DNA of 60,541 nucleotides, filler included, from Hausera hauseri (taxonomy: Eukaryota), in the NCBI GenBank assembly GCA_046269625.1. It is 9 parts of 9 records of this genome, joined end to end, with 100 filler letters (N's around TTAATTAATTAA, not from the genome) between each part and the next. Parts side by side here need not be neighbours in the genome. Positions count along the whole stretch, not along the records: positions 18,674 to 24,949 come from JBJURY010118209.1; positions 25,050 to 30,406 come from JBJURY010272508.1; positions 30,507 to 35,352 come from JBJURY010415700.1; positions 35,453 to 39,773 come from JBJURY010636441.1; 5 more parts are not named here. One strand, written 5' to 3'. The number at the start of each line of letters is the position of its first letter. Position 1 is the first letter of the stretch. Positions 22,525-36,069 of the stretch are shown here, piece by piece. A program made the position numbers and the translations under genes. A model generated the notes under the pieces. It ran no database searches and had not been told where the DNA came from. It worked only from the letters and a program-made list of their open reading frames with translations.

Positions 22525-24949
22525 ATGGCAGTTGTAATACCACAGCCAGACGGAAGCTGGACATTTTTACGTATGAGTCGTTGAATTTACCGGCATACGA
22601 CTGTGATCCGGAAGGATTAATTGAATTTCTCAAAACTTATAAACTTCACGCCAAAGGCATAGGACTAGAACCTCAACATATGATTAGACGATTATCACTT
22701 TATTTAAAGAATTTGGCCGCAGATGCCTATGCAGAGCTGACGGACGAAGAAAGGAGAGATTGGACATCGTTAGTAGGAGCATTAAATAGGAAATTATTGC
22801 CGACAGTAACCCCACAACAAAAGTTGATGGTGTTTTAAAATAGGACGCAACAGAAGGTAGAATCGGTTACCCAGTTTGCGTTTGCCTTAAAAAAAATTAG
22901 CAAACAGTTATATCAATACAATGAGAATTTCGAACGTGGCCAAGGCAAAAGATGAGGCCGAACGGTGAGCTGCGGAAAATGCAGTCCCGTCAGATTTGGA
23001 CGTAATGATGACAACACAATTAATTAATGGTATTTGGTCAACAGACCTGGTGAAACAATAATTTCTGGCGAGACCAGAAAATTTTGAGAAAACATTGCAA
23101 CTAGCACAAGAATTAGAGATGGCGCCAGACAGATATGCTAGGCAGAATGAACGTTACGCCGAACGGAACGAGCGTAGCAATAGAAATAGAAACATTGGAC
23201 GATTCCAAGAAAGCGGTCGAAATCGGAACTACGATATTAGGATGGATAGGAACCCATGTTACGAGAACAAAAATTTTAATTATAATCGGAACTCAAGCAA
23301 TGCGAATATGAAGCCGAATTATAGCTCGAACCAAGATGGTTATAAAAACAATAACAAAAGTTTCAAATACAAAGATGGAAATAGATAAAATGATTTTAGA
23401 AGCGATAAAAACAAAATTAGTAGAAATATTCAATTAGAATCCTCAAATCCAGGTTACTCTAGGAACTCGTGCTGGTCAAAATCGCCCATAAACGAAGACG
23501 GCAAACAACGGGTTGGTATAAACGGGAATTTGATATGCTATATGTGTGGCAAGGAAGGCCACATAGCAAGATCATGTCCGAATCCTCGAAGCGTTTCGTT
23601 TACCGAACCTGCTAAAGTAAAAATGATTAAAACACAAGAAGATTTAGAGGCAAAATATGGCCCAGAGGTGAGAGACGCAATTTTGTATATTCAAGATTCA
23701 CGAAGATACTTGAAAAGTCAAAGAGAAACTAATAACCCGCAAATACTGAAGTCTCGAAAAGAGTATGAGGATAACGTACAAATATTAGAAGTGTGTCATG
23801 GATTAGTTGAACCTCGAACGGAATACAAATACTTGCTGTCACCCGATAATAGTAATATGGTTCGCAAGATGAACGTGCCTGTAAAACCCGTAGGCACAGA
23901 AGAGGCAAGCGAAGTTGAAGTAGCATTGACATCGTCCAGCATAGACTTGGACGCTGAATCTAAAAACTCGACAGAAGGACGTCGCGATATCAGTGATGAG
24001 ATTAAGAGTGAGTATATAGCTCCATTAGTGCTTAAAATAATGAAGAATAGAGGTCGTAGTCTATCAATTAAAAGGAGACAAAAGGTCGATTAAGATCACC
24101 ATTAGAAAGAGACAACGTAGGAAAAACCGACTTCCAATATGTTGACGTAGAGGACAACCCGAGCTTTAACACTTCAGACGTGGAGCTTACCGAAGTTTTA
24201 GATACTCCAAGTACAACCGTAACAGTAGGAGACGCGAACAGCGAAATAAATGAGATATGTTCACTACCCAATAGTGAAGACGAAAGTGATGGCACAGGAC
24301 GAGTTAAAAGACTCGACGGGAAGATGTGGAGGATCAAAAAGTCATAAAGAAATGCAGATAAATTAAAAGAGATTAGGACAGTCCTAACCGATCCAGAGAC
24401 GATACGTCGTAATCTCGAGGAATTGGAGTATATAAAAACTCAAGTAGATGTGTCCGGAAAGGAGCAACAATTTGGGGAGAAAATGTACAAAGAATTTAAA
24501 CGGTACATTGAGGAAGATTTTAGAAGGGAGAAAGAACAGGAAGAATTGAATGAAATTGTGGAGAAATCAATTGAAGACAAAACTAGACTCACGGATAAAA
24601 AGCGGAATCTACTTCACCGACACATGGAATAATCAAGAGATAGAAATTAAAAGTAAAGTGTCAACTGACCAAGGATTACTAAAGACGTTAGAGACGGATC
24701 CAAAACAGAAGCGAACAAAACGGAATTTATAGAAACTGATGACCGAGATAGAAAATGCAGTAATCTATCACCTTAAAAATAAACCGATAAACAAATTAAA
24801 TGAAAACGAATTCTTAATACTAGGCATAAAACCTGTAGATGTTTCTCTCGTAATGGAAATATGTAAGTTCGCGTTCAACGCGCCTAAAGAATACGCAGAT
24901 ATAGGAATCCGCACAGCCTCGCAAGATAAAAGACGCTCCGAAATCTACA
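22525..24949 (+). mobile_element. gag of the exo-RING element (degenerate) with CCHC knuckle and long extension
   Basis: Capsid-like LSLYLKNLAADAY..WTSLVGAL..Q-K-ESVTQFA; N/R-rich linker; CYMCGKEGHIARSC at about 23536-23577; runs into the contig end. Confidence 0.82.
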
Positions 24950-25054
24950 NNNNNNNNNNNNNNNNNNNNNNNNNNNNNNNNNNNNNNNNNNNNTTAATTA
25001 ATTAANNNNNNNNNNNNNNNNNNNNNNNNNNNNNNNNNNNNNNNNNNNNGTGCC

Positions 25055-25371
25055 ATGCTGCGAAACGTAGGCTGTCATGGTCTATATCTTCATGCAATGG
25101 TGACAGAATGGAAGCTGAAATTATATTGCCACATCATTAGATCAAGCGGTCTTGCAAAAACTATCATGCAAGGCACTAGCACCAGGTGGCAGAAAACAGG
25201 GAGAAGACAGGGTCGACAGAAGAAACGATGGGAGAATATCAATGAATGGACAAGCCTGACGTTCAGTGTATCACAGAACACAGCAAAGAACCGAGACGAA
25301 TGGAGAACGGTGGTTCGAGGGTCATTCAATGTTCCCCAACGACCACCTTGTGTTACGGGACTGATGATGAT
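25055..25371 (+). mobile_element. RTE-clade LINE 3' end
   Basis: KLKLYCHIIRSSGLAKTIMQGT..RRQGRQKKRW..AKNRDEWR followed by a (GAT)n tail; a second short piece lies at about 25500-25605. Confidence 0.75.
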
Positions 25372-25619
25372 ATATACATTTATACGTGTATGTAAGTGCC
25401 TGAAAAGCGTGGAAACGAACTTTCAGCAAAAACACTGAGAAATAAAAAAAAAACAAGACACGGGAATTCAGATTGTCAGCAGTGATAGTAGTAATGAGGT
25501 GGGGTTGGGTAGGACGCAATGATGAAAGAACCGAATGTGAAATGGCATGGCCACGACACAAGATCAAAAGGTCATGCAAAAACTATCCTGCATGGCATTG
25601 TACCATATGGGAGAATTTA

Positions 25620-25970
25620 CTCGATGCTTAGGCTTTCTGCTTGTGTTGGCCGTGTTGTGTGGGATTTTTCCTCAGCAAGGTCCCCTCCTTGCCATCAAGA
25701 AGTTTCCATGCTTTTCTCCCATCTTTCCTGAGGTCTAGGTTATCACACTTTTTCTTTCGTGCTCTAGTTTTGCAGTTCTACTTGTCATTTTGACTTGTGC
25801 GGTGATCCTGTTGTACGCAGTTTTGTTTTTTTCAGGATTTGGATTTAGTTGTGTTTCCTTCCGTGCCTTGCATATTAGGTGGACTAGACGTTCTAGTTGT
25901 TGATTCCACAAAACAGTGGTATTTATGCGATTGCCATTGGGAATTGTTTGTTTGGCTGCCCTCAATTTAG
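25620..25970 (-). mobile_element. LINE ORF2 fragment (endonuclease-RT linker)
   Basis: RAAKQTIPNG..WNQ-LE-L...ARK..YNRITAQVK, degenerate. Confidence 0.55.
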
Positions 25971-26107
25971 CTGATCATTAACAGTATTGATGTTTTCATA
26001 TGCATTTATATAAATTTCACCAAGAAGTTGGTCATCATACCTCTAGTCAAACGCAGGATGAAAACACAGAAAGCCAATAACAGCATTTTTTATGGAGACT
26101 TCACTAC

Positions 26108-27960
26108 ATCTTCTTCTTCTTTCGTCCACGCTGATCTATATCTGCAGGTGTGCCTCCCTAATGAACTGCACAGTGTTATGGAGTTCTATCATGGAGCCAT
26201 ATAGCTTTGTGTCTAGTGAAGTTTCTCTTGACCAGTGAGTGTGCCTCAATGCATCATACTTGGTGAAGTTTTGGAAGATGCGTTCACAGTCTGGGGTAAC
26301 TGTCCACACGTGCACAAGGCAGATTCACCTATTTTTAATTTTGTGTACATGTGGCTGCGGCTGTACTCAGGCTAAATATTTTGACTTGTTCATTTTATTC
26401 AACAAATGATAGGTATCTAGTAATACTGAAGGTGATTTCTCGTGTATTTTTATCATACTCTTTATGTGGTCATGCGTTATTGGGATGTTTAGTTGCTTCA
26501 TTAGAGTACCGCCTTTGGCCAGAGTATCAGCTTTCTGTTTTCCTGGAATTCCACTGTGGGATGGGATCCATTGATGATAGCTAATTTTTGCCAGAGTGTC
26601 TTTCAGCTCTGTCAGTTTTATGCTCTCAAGGGTTTCTAAGACCGACTTTGCATCTGTGAGGAATACTAAAGGATATGAGCGACACTTAGTTCTTGAGAGC
26701 TGATCCGCTGCCACAATAATTGCTCTGACTTCAGAATTGTAGTTATTACTGTGCTTTCCCGTTGGTATGCTGAAAGTATTGCTGTTTTTATCAGGGTATT
26801 CGATAAATGCTCCCACCCCTCCATTCTTCATAGCGTTTTGAACTGATCCATCTGTATAGATACGAATCCACTGTTCTCGGGGGTATACGTCATCTTGGTG
26901 GTTTGGTGTTGCTGTTATCCTTTCTAGCTGATTGTAATGCTCTCGGCTGCATACACATGGTACTTCTATCATGATATCTATTTTTGTTTACGTTTCTTCC
27001 ATTCATGGTGTATATTGTGGAACGTGTGTCATGGGAATAGTTATATCTGGTAGTTCGGGTATTTGTTTCGGAATGTTCTTGGCCTGGTGTAAAAAGCTGC
27101 TTCTCTTTAGTCACCTCACTGTGGTATCCTGGAATGTTTCTTTCATTGAATGGTTCATCATGCTCTTGTATTTTTCTCCTTGAATCACTACCTTTATAGC
27201 TCTTCGTCCTTTTAAAGGCATTATAACAGTTGTTTTTTTTTATTTTTGTTATAGGTATAGATTTCATTGCACCTGTGATGATTCGGAGTGCTTGGGTTTG
27301 CAACTTGTCCAAACTGTATAACGTTGTATGTGATGCTGCGCACCGTGCTGATGAACTATATTCCAAGTGAGAACGAACACCCTGCTGATACATATTCTTC
27401 AGGATTCTATCATTTGCACCCCAAGTAGTGCCATTCAATTTCCTCAGGATGGCTAACTTCATTCTTGCCTTTGTTTCTGCTTTCCTAATATCGTGCTTCC
27501 AGGTAGGTCTGGTGTCAAATGTGACTCCTAGGTAAGTTGGCTGGCTGTCCTCTATTTAGGTTGTTTCGTATACGCTGATGGCTCCTGCTTTCTGTTTAGG
27601 TGAAAGTGTGAATAGTGTCGTTGATGACTTTCTGTGTTGATACTGACGCACCATTTCTCTGTCCATGAGGTCAAGGCATCAGCTGCTTTCTGGAGCCTTT
27701 TAGTGGCGGGTGTTGCATATTCTTTTTTACACCATATGACGAGGTCGTCTGCATACATCGCTATTTTTATTCCATTGGGCATTTGTTCCACTAGTTCCTT
27801 GATGAAGATGAGAAACAAAGTCGGCGACAAATCCCTCCCTGGTGTTCACCATGATGAAGTAGGACTTTCCTGCTTTTACAGCCTTCTAGATGTACTCCAG
27901 GTCTTCTATTATGTAGGTACGCTTTTGTCCATTTGTACATGTTGCCACATACTTGATAGC
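26108..27960 (-). mobile_element. 5'-truncated I-superfamily/Ingi-like LINE with RT and RNase H
   Basis: SPTLFLIF..MYADDL, YLGVTFD, TWGA..LEY and RNase H IYTDGS..SEVRAI..TDAKSVL..WIPSHSGIPG..ADTLAK; (GAA)n tail at about 26110-26122. Confidence 0.85.
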
Positions 27961-27999
27961 TCCTCGGTTTCCACAGCGGTTTTAGAAAAGGAAAACAGA

Positions 28000-29440
28000 C
28001 CACTGACCAGCTGATCCGTCTGGTATAAAACATCATTGATGCTTTTCAAAACAGAAGTCATGTTTCTTTAGTCATTATAGGTCCCAAGCAGGCATACGAC
28101 AGAGTGTGGAGATATAACATCTTCTATAAGATGCAGAAAATGGTAGTGGAATTAAGACTGTACAAATGGATCAAAGATTTAGAACGAATCGAAACGTTTG
28201 TACAACATACAGTGGAATAATATCAGGGAAAATACCGATCAAAGAAGGTCTTCCTCAAGGCTCAAGCCCAAGCTGCACCCTTTATCTCATCTATATCAAC
28301 GATCTGGCAAACTATATTAATGTGTTCAATGCCTTGTTTGCAGACGACCTTGTATGGGCAGAAGGCAAATCACCACTCCAACTTCAGAAAAAACTAAATC
28401 CTGCCCTAGCTGCACCAACAACCTACTGCAGTCTCAGGAAACTGCAATTAATTCAAGCAAATGAGTGTACACGGTTTTTACCCTCATGAATCAGACAGCC
28501 GGGAAAGATTTACAACTAAAATTAGATACCAAAATCGTGGCAAAACAACCCTACTTACCTAGGAGTTCAGTTTGACACTAAACTTACTTACAGAGTACAT
28601 GTTGACACGCTGGTAGCAAAGGCTTCAGTTACAGTAAATCTTATAAAAACGACTGGCAAGCTCTAAATAGGGAGCCAGTCAGCACACACTACGGCAAATA
28701 TACCTGGGATATACACGCTCTGTCATGGCATAAAATACCTGCTACTGTAAGCCACGGCCAGTCAGATCCAGAGGAACAGGTTAGACCGCACCCAGAACCA
28801 AGTACTGAGATTAATTTGTGGAGGCTTGCGATCTACACCAACAAATGCGTGAGAGATTTCTGCCAACGTGGACCCCCTAAAACTGAGGAGAGAATGGGCA
28901 GTTTATCACAATAGCAGAAAGATTTCTGAGAAAAGACAAAGACAATCCTTCGAAGAAGATTGTAACTAACCACGAACCCAAAAGGCGATTCGAGTAAACT
29001 TCTTTCATGTAAAGATATAAAAAGCTATCAGAATGCCAACAACACCAGTACCTAATCTTCCATTTCACACTGGAAACTATCCACTATTACGATGATTTTA
29101 TCGATGTTTACACGGATAAGCCTTTAAGGCAAAAGTGAATGCAGGATATGGAGCTGTAATCATTTAATCAGACACAGAAGAACCCATCAAGATATCGGGG
29201 CCTTGAAGTACATGGCGCACAAATTATGAAGCAGAAGTGGTCACCATTCATAAAGCTCTGACAAAAAAAATTGAACAGTTTGAATTCAGTGAAATGGAAC
29301 AAATACTATTGCGGTCTTCTCAGATTTACAGGCAGCTTTAACAGCAATAAAAAATTGGAGAATAAATTCGGTTGACACCGCCCAGAAGGTACAAGAAATA
29401 TGCCACAATATTATAAGCCTTATGGTGTAGATGTTCACAC
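28000..29440 (+). mobile_element. Second degenerate RT plus RNase H LINE, opposite orientation
   Basis: TDQL, KQAYDRVW, GLPQGS..LYLIYIND..LFADDL, YLGVQFD, VYTD and TNYEAE motifs across frameshifts. Confidence 0.8.
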
Positions 29441-29597
29441 GGGACCTCCGAGTTTATCGTCCATCTCCGATAGGACTAGGCGTCATTCTACCTACACATT
29501 GACCGGGGACAGCGTTATAGGTTTTTCCCGCCGCCGAACCCGTAATCTCTCGATCACAGGTTCGTAACGGTAAGGGTGAACACGCCACTGTCCACAC
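29440..29597 (-). mobile_element. tRNA-derived SINE remnant (Nin/Deu-like central domain)
   Basis: B-box-like GGGTTCG on the minus strand near 29535. The GGGACCTC.GTTTATCGTCC...CCGA.AGGACT segment resembles conserved invertebrate SINE cores (recognised from memory). Confidence 0.4.
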
Positions 29598-30506
29598 AAA
29601 AGCCAAACAAAATAAAAAAAAATGTTTGGATCATACAGAAAAGCGTAAATCAAGATGTTTAAAGTTTTAAACTTGTTTTGGTGTCAGCAAATAATTGATC
29701 TGAAAAGAAGCAATTAAAAATTTCGAATCAATAGGAGGATATCTGATCATCAGAAGTAACCCCTTCGAAAAAGCGTTTCAGCCCTTGCTTCTTGACATTC
29801 TAGGAGGGGCCAATGAGAAAAAATGGAAAGTCTGGAATAACTAACAATAAACAAAAGCATAAAAACTTAATATTTGACTCCTGAGTTTATCAATTTTCAT
29901 TCTTTTCATGATGCCAAAAATGTATGTGATGTTCTTTCATCATCAATAAATGTAAAATAAAGGGTAAATTACAGTTTTTTTTAAGAAACAGTTATTATTT
30001 CCAGACATTTGTGGTAATTCTTCTATTAATATCTATAATTGAAGATGTGTTTGTCTTGCTGATTAATTTTGCAGTGTTCTGGAGTTCTATCATGGAGCCA
30101 CTTCAGTATTACCAGCTGCTTATCATACACTTGATATAAATATTAGAATAAATGTTTTGTTCTGTTTGGAGCGAAACAAGGGAGAAGAGAGTAGCACAAC
30201 ACGTAAATACACAGCAACTAGAAAGAAACAAACAGTTCGTCTGACTTCTTTGCCTTATCTATTTCTGTCAGGCTAGCGAGTACTCTCTTCATATATAATG
30301 TATTTTTTTTTTATTGTTAATGTCACAGCCAGGGTCCCGGACTCTGGGACGAGTTCAAGTAATCGAAGTTGGAGCAATTTTTGAGTAGTCGAGCCGCAGT
30401 GACGTANNNNNNNNNNNNNNNNNNNNNNNNNNNNNNNNNNNNNNNNNNNNTTAATTAATTAANNNNNNNNNNNNNNNNNNNNNNNNNNNNNNNNNNNNNN
30501 NNNNNN

Positions 30507-33500
30507 TACTCCCCCGATTTTAATACAAGCAACATCGTTTGCATCTATCACGCAAAATTTGGAACAAAAGCACAAAAATGCCTGCCTGACTGCAACTACA
30601 ACATGTACAATAAAATCAACACTACTAAACTCACACAAAATAGCAGGCCATACTCACCAGCTACAAAAACTAATTTTGCCGCTATGACACACGGCAAGTT
30701 CTAGCAAAGACAACAGCCTACAAAAAGATAGTCGACACATTTCCTTTGATGCATTCACGTTGGAAGCAGCAGTCGTCACTCCAACAAAGCAAAACATTAA
30801 TTTTCTCATAGACACTGGCTCAGCAATCTCTTTACTACCACCAAAACAGCACATCCAAAACCATTTTATTTCAAAAAAGCAACTGTTCACTGAGTTCGGT
30901 GAACCTTTACAAACTTTTAGTGTTACTAAATTAACTCTCACCCTTCCGAATTTCCCAAACACATTCACTTGGAAATTTACAGTAGTCAATGTACGCACAC
31001 CTATATTGGATTCAGACTTTCTGTCCCACTACAATTTACTTGTAGACTGCAAACGATGTTCCTTAAAGAGCGGAAACAATTTTAATCAAATTAGCAGCAT
31101 TTTGGTGACCACCCGGGCTACCGCTTCCATCAAGTCAATGCAAAAGAAAACGACTTCCGATTTAAATTATTTTTATAATCATTCGCTATACAGAAATTTT
31201 TATTGCAGCAACAAATACGATATTGCCAACTGCGTGGCACCTATTACTGATAGTAGAGCAGCCAGCATCATCTTCAACACGAACATCCTGCACCTAATAC
31301 CACCTTGTCACGACATTTCGTCTACAACTCATACCTCTACTGCATCCAGTCACGATGCATCGACACCATCTGAAAACGTCTAATTGTTGCCCTCTGACTT
31401 ACAGCAATATATTTCGTCTTCCTGCACGCGTCTGTTGCAAAAGGACAAATCATTCGTACCACCTAAATCCACCTCCCATCACATAGTAACAACACATCAA
31501 ATACCAATACGTCAGAAGGTACGCCCGCTATTGCCTCGCCGCAGACAGGCAGTGGAGGCTGAGTTTCTCGAACTGGAAAAATCAGGAATAATCAGAAGAT
31601 CCAAATCCCCCTGGTCTTCATCACTGCATGTGGTTCAAAAAAGATGGTACCTTTCGCCCATGCGGTGATTACTGCCAACTCAACATCATAACAACAATGG
31701 ATGCCTACCCTCTACAATTAATTAACGATATTTTGCACAGGCTCCATGGTTCGACTATTTTTCCCTGCATTGATTTACAAAAAGCATACCACCAAATTCT
31801 GGTGGCCCCAGCGGACATTCCGAAAACGGCTGTCATCACACCTTTCGGACTTTTCGAATAACTTTTCATGCTTTTTGGACTCCGTAGCGCTTTCCAGACA
31901 TTCAAAAGCATATTGATACAGTCCTCTCAGGTTTAGACTTTGCTTATCCCTATATCGATGATATCTTAATTGCATCATCTTCCTCGAAACAACACTCCGC
32001 TCACTTAGGTTTAATCTTCCAGCGCTTGCACCAAAACAACTTGTAAATTAATTTCTCCAAATGCTCATTTTTCAACATAAGGTCAACTTCCTAGGACATG
32101 TTATTAGCTCCTACGGACATTCACCTCAGCCAGAGCGCATCACACAGATCAAAAACATACAGCTACAACGTACATCAACAGAGATACTTTCTTTCCTCGG
32201 AACCTTCCACTTCATTCATAAGTATATTTCACACTGCTCCACTCTAACCGATCCATTTGAATCACTAAGCTCTGGCAAGAAAAACTGCTTATTCAATAAA
32301 CCGCCAAGCTAGTTAACGCTTTTGATCACCTCAAAGATTATCTAAAAGCGTGGAAATCCTGGCCTATCCCGACTCCCACACAGAACTCATATTAACCAAG
32401 GATGCATCTACAACAGCTTCAGGTGCTGCCCTGCATCAAGTCAAAAAAGGACCTCATGAAGCATTAGAATTCTTTCATCGAAAATTCACGGCACAAATGC
32501 AAAGATATTCCACCTTTGACAGAGAGTTGCTTGCAATGGTCCTTGCCGTGAAACACTTTAAACATCCGCTAACCGTACGAACCTTTACAATACAAACGGA
32601 CCACAAGCCCTTGCTTCAAATTCTCACATGAAATCGCCTTCTCCACGTCAAGAGAGGCAAATATTGTATTTGTCCACATTTAATGTTGAAATTAAGCATT
32701 TAACGGAGTCGAAAATTAATAGCCGAATTTTTGTCCCGATCAATCAGATCGATTGATTTTACACCAATTTTCCCTCAATTCAAACGTCAACAAAACCAGC
32801 CACCTCCTGACATACTTAAATATTTTAAATCGTGCAAAATAATCGATGGTATGGCCTTTGACACCTCCAAACCTAATAATCCTAAAGTCATCCTTTCTGA
32901 ATCGCTTCAAAAGAAGCATTCAACAACATCCATTAATTGCACCATCCTGGTGCCAAGGCCACTTTTCGACTCTTACAACGCCAAGTAGTATGGCCGTCGA
33001 TGCGCTCTGACGTGCAGGCATGGGTTAGGCACTCTGTGTCATGCCAAAAATACAAAGTTACTATGCATTTAAAGTCACCATTATATCATTTTCCCTGCAC
33101 GTCTCGTTTTGAATCTGTTCACATTGATCTTGTAGGCCCACTAGCCTTAGATAACGGCCATCAGTTCATCCTCACAATGATGGACCGTTCCTCGCGATGG
33201 TCAGAGGCTGTCCGGCTTTGGAGCACTAACACAGAAACAATCATAGACGCTTTCATCTGCACTTGGATCAGCAGGTTTGGATCACCTTGCCACATCATTT
33301 CGGACCAAGGCACACAGTTCAAATCCAACCTGTTTAAAGCTCTTGTCAATCGATTGGGAATTAACCATATTCACACGTCATTATATTATCCTCAATCGAA
33401 TGGCCTTCTCGAACGCTTTTACCGAACGATGAAAACGTCTCTCAAAATCCTTGCTGAGTCCAATTGCAGTTGGACTACACTCCTTCCGTAAGTTCTGCTT

Positions 33501-34905
33501 GGCTGGCGGAACACACCATCTAATTCTACAGGCTGTTCATCTGCAGAAGCATTATTTGGTACTTCTATCAGATCATTATTCAAGCTGGCTGAGCTGGACA
33601 ATATTGCCACAAAGGAAAACATACAAGTGGCACAGAGGCACTTCGTTGCGATCAGCAAACACTCATTTTGTAGACTATAACACGGAAATAAACCTTACAT
33701 ACCCGACGATTTATATACTGCCAAGTTCCTATGGCTAAAGAACCAGACGCCGTGTGGTTTTCAACCTCAGTATATTGGCCCTTACAAAGTAATTCGTTTA
33801 TACTCCCACATCATCATCATCCTCAAAGACAACAAAGAAGTAACAGTCCACATCAGCAACGCTAAGCCGGCTTTCTTCATTGACGATACGTCTGCCATCG
33901 AAACCACTTCTCCACCAATATCTTTACATGACACGCAGCAATCCAAAAATTTACCTTCCATCTCTGCTCAATTCTTTAACCAACTTTCTCCTACGTTTTC
34001 TCCCAAGACTTCTACTTCAATTTCTTTTGACAGTTCAGCCCCTTTTCCCCATCCGATTTTGCACCTTTAAGCCTTTTCACACCTACTTCATCCCTTGCTG
34101 ACAAAATTCTTTCTCCTTTTACAAGACCTCCTCAGCCAAACACCACTTCGACTTCACCAATCTCTCCATCTTCTTGCCCTCTTCCGTTTTATCCCTCTTC
34201 GCAGTTTTTCCTCTCTTTTTCTCTCTCCTTCCACACCTTCCTCATCTTCGGCGCTTGCTTGCTTCCTCCCTCCTCACACATCGTCTTTTACTCCTTTTAT
34301 CTCCGCTTCGCAACTTCCTCCTCTCCCTACTTTTATCCCCATTTCTTTTTCCCTCTCTACCACTACCTCTGTTTCATCTTGCACTTCCACTCTTTCGCCT
34401 TATACCATTCCAACTTCTACTCCACTATTCATTTTTCTTCTTTCATCCGCTACTACACCTTTCATTGTCCCTTCGTCTTGTAACACTCTCGAATACCTTT
34501 AACTATCCCTTTTCAACAATCTCTCTTTCTCCTTCACCTTCTTCTCTTCATTTTGACTTGTCTTCGCACAACACAACACTCACAAGAAAATCCGACAATT
34601 TTCCCCCAACTTCAACCTCTGCAAGAAAACACACTGCATAAAGACAAAACACACAGAGTCACATTTAGCAAGTATAGCAGGGAAAAATCAATAGAAGGCA
34701 CCCAACGTCTTGTTCACACTAAGACCAACTGACACAGTCAATTTTTCGTTTAGCGATTTTTTCTTTCCGTCCAGTTTGGTCATCATAGTTTTCACTTTGC
34801 CACGGGGGGTGATGTAGTGCCCACAGCGGCCGGTACCCTTTGGATCATTTGGTTGGGCACGGCCGGGCATCCATCGCCGCCGCGTTGAGTCTATAGTCGG
34901 GCACA
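30507..34905 (+). mobile_element. Ty3/Gypsy retrotransposon (family B copy 2): gag end, PR, RT, RH, IN, PPT, truncated LTR
   Basis: Collinear with and closely similar to the reverse complement of 11330-15740; FLIDTGS, YPYIDD, HIDLVGPL; PPT GGGGGGTGA then TGTAGT at 34813. Confidence 0.92.
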
Positions 34906-35761
34906 TTCTTCTGACTCCTTGCCTTAAGAACTTGATAATTTTTTTTCAGGATGAAAATTCATTTTTTACACTGTTACTTCTGCCCATGTACGTTGCTGGA
35001 AACGAGATAAAAGTTTATAAAATTCTAGACAGCGAAGCAGTACCTCATGGCATACTTTTGTGTTCGTCATTTATCAGACTCAGTTAAGGCTATCGATCCA
35101 GAAAAACAAGACGGTCGAATATTCATATTAAAATATTATCATATTTTGACCAATGAAAGCGTAGATAAACATTTATTTTACTGTTTGTCAAAAATTCTAT
35201 CCGATTTTTTGTGGAATGCTATTTCAATTATCATAATTGTATTCAATCGGTGGCAGATCTTCACGTTAAGTTTATGTCAATCCTGTCGAAAATTCAGTAA
35301 AACCATAAAAAACTGTGTTGGAAAATAAACGAGTTAAAGTCGAACCCATCTTNNNNNNNNNNNNNNNNNNNNNNNNNNNNNNNNNNNNNNNNNNNNTTAA
35401 TTAATTAANNNNNNNNNNNNNNNNNNNNNNNNNNNNNNNNNNNNNNNNNNNNCAAATTCAATAGAATCCTCTATTATATTTGCCCAGGATGTGAGGCTGT
35501 ATGTGATGGAGAATACATGCAGTTTTATGGAGATCATATTGCCCATTTGACAGACTTCAAGACAAAGTCAACGAAGGCCATCTTTAATGAACAGCATGTG
35601 TATTGGTAATGGATAAATTATTCCAATGCGGAAATGACATATAAGGAATTTAATTTTCTAAAAATCAAATACACGAATTTTGTGAACATTAAATGCCCGA
35701 ATTTGTGCAGGATTTTGTGAATATCTGTAAGGGAAAAGCCAATCAATTATGTATTTGGACC

Positions 35762-36069
35762 TTGTTGTCATGGATCTGAATTTCATAGTTTTATAATATT
35801 AAAAATCATACAGTTTTGTCTGTAATATGTGAAAAAAATTATCTTAGAAAAATCAAAAATTCTGAGAACTACGTTAGGTAATTTTTGTGAAATTTGTTCC
35901 AATTATTTGGGTGATGTGTATAGAATTTTACTAATCATACGTTTTTATGAAATAGTTAATAATTTTAATGTTAATTCATATTAAGATTTTAAATTTTTTG
36001 ACAGTTCAGACACTTTTTATGATAAATTACAACACGATAAAACAATGTAGTTCGGACCCATGACAACAA
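35762..36069. mobile_element. MITE-like element with about 33-bp imperfect terminal inverted repeats
   Basis: TTGTTGTCATGGATCTGAATTTCATAGTTTTAT (35762-35794) versus ATAAAACAATGTAGTTCGGACCCATGACAACAA (36037-36069), with an AT-rich non-coding interior. Confidence 0.55.

Noticed and set aside
35453-35720. CPGC..CDG..H segment resembling a very large GTPase C-terminus
   Set aside because: Short, interrupted by a stop, and the similarity is too weak to call.
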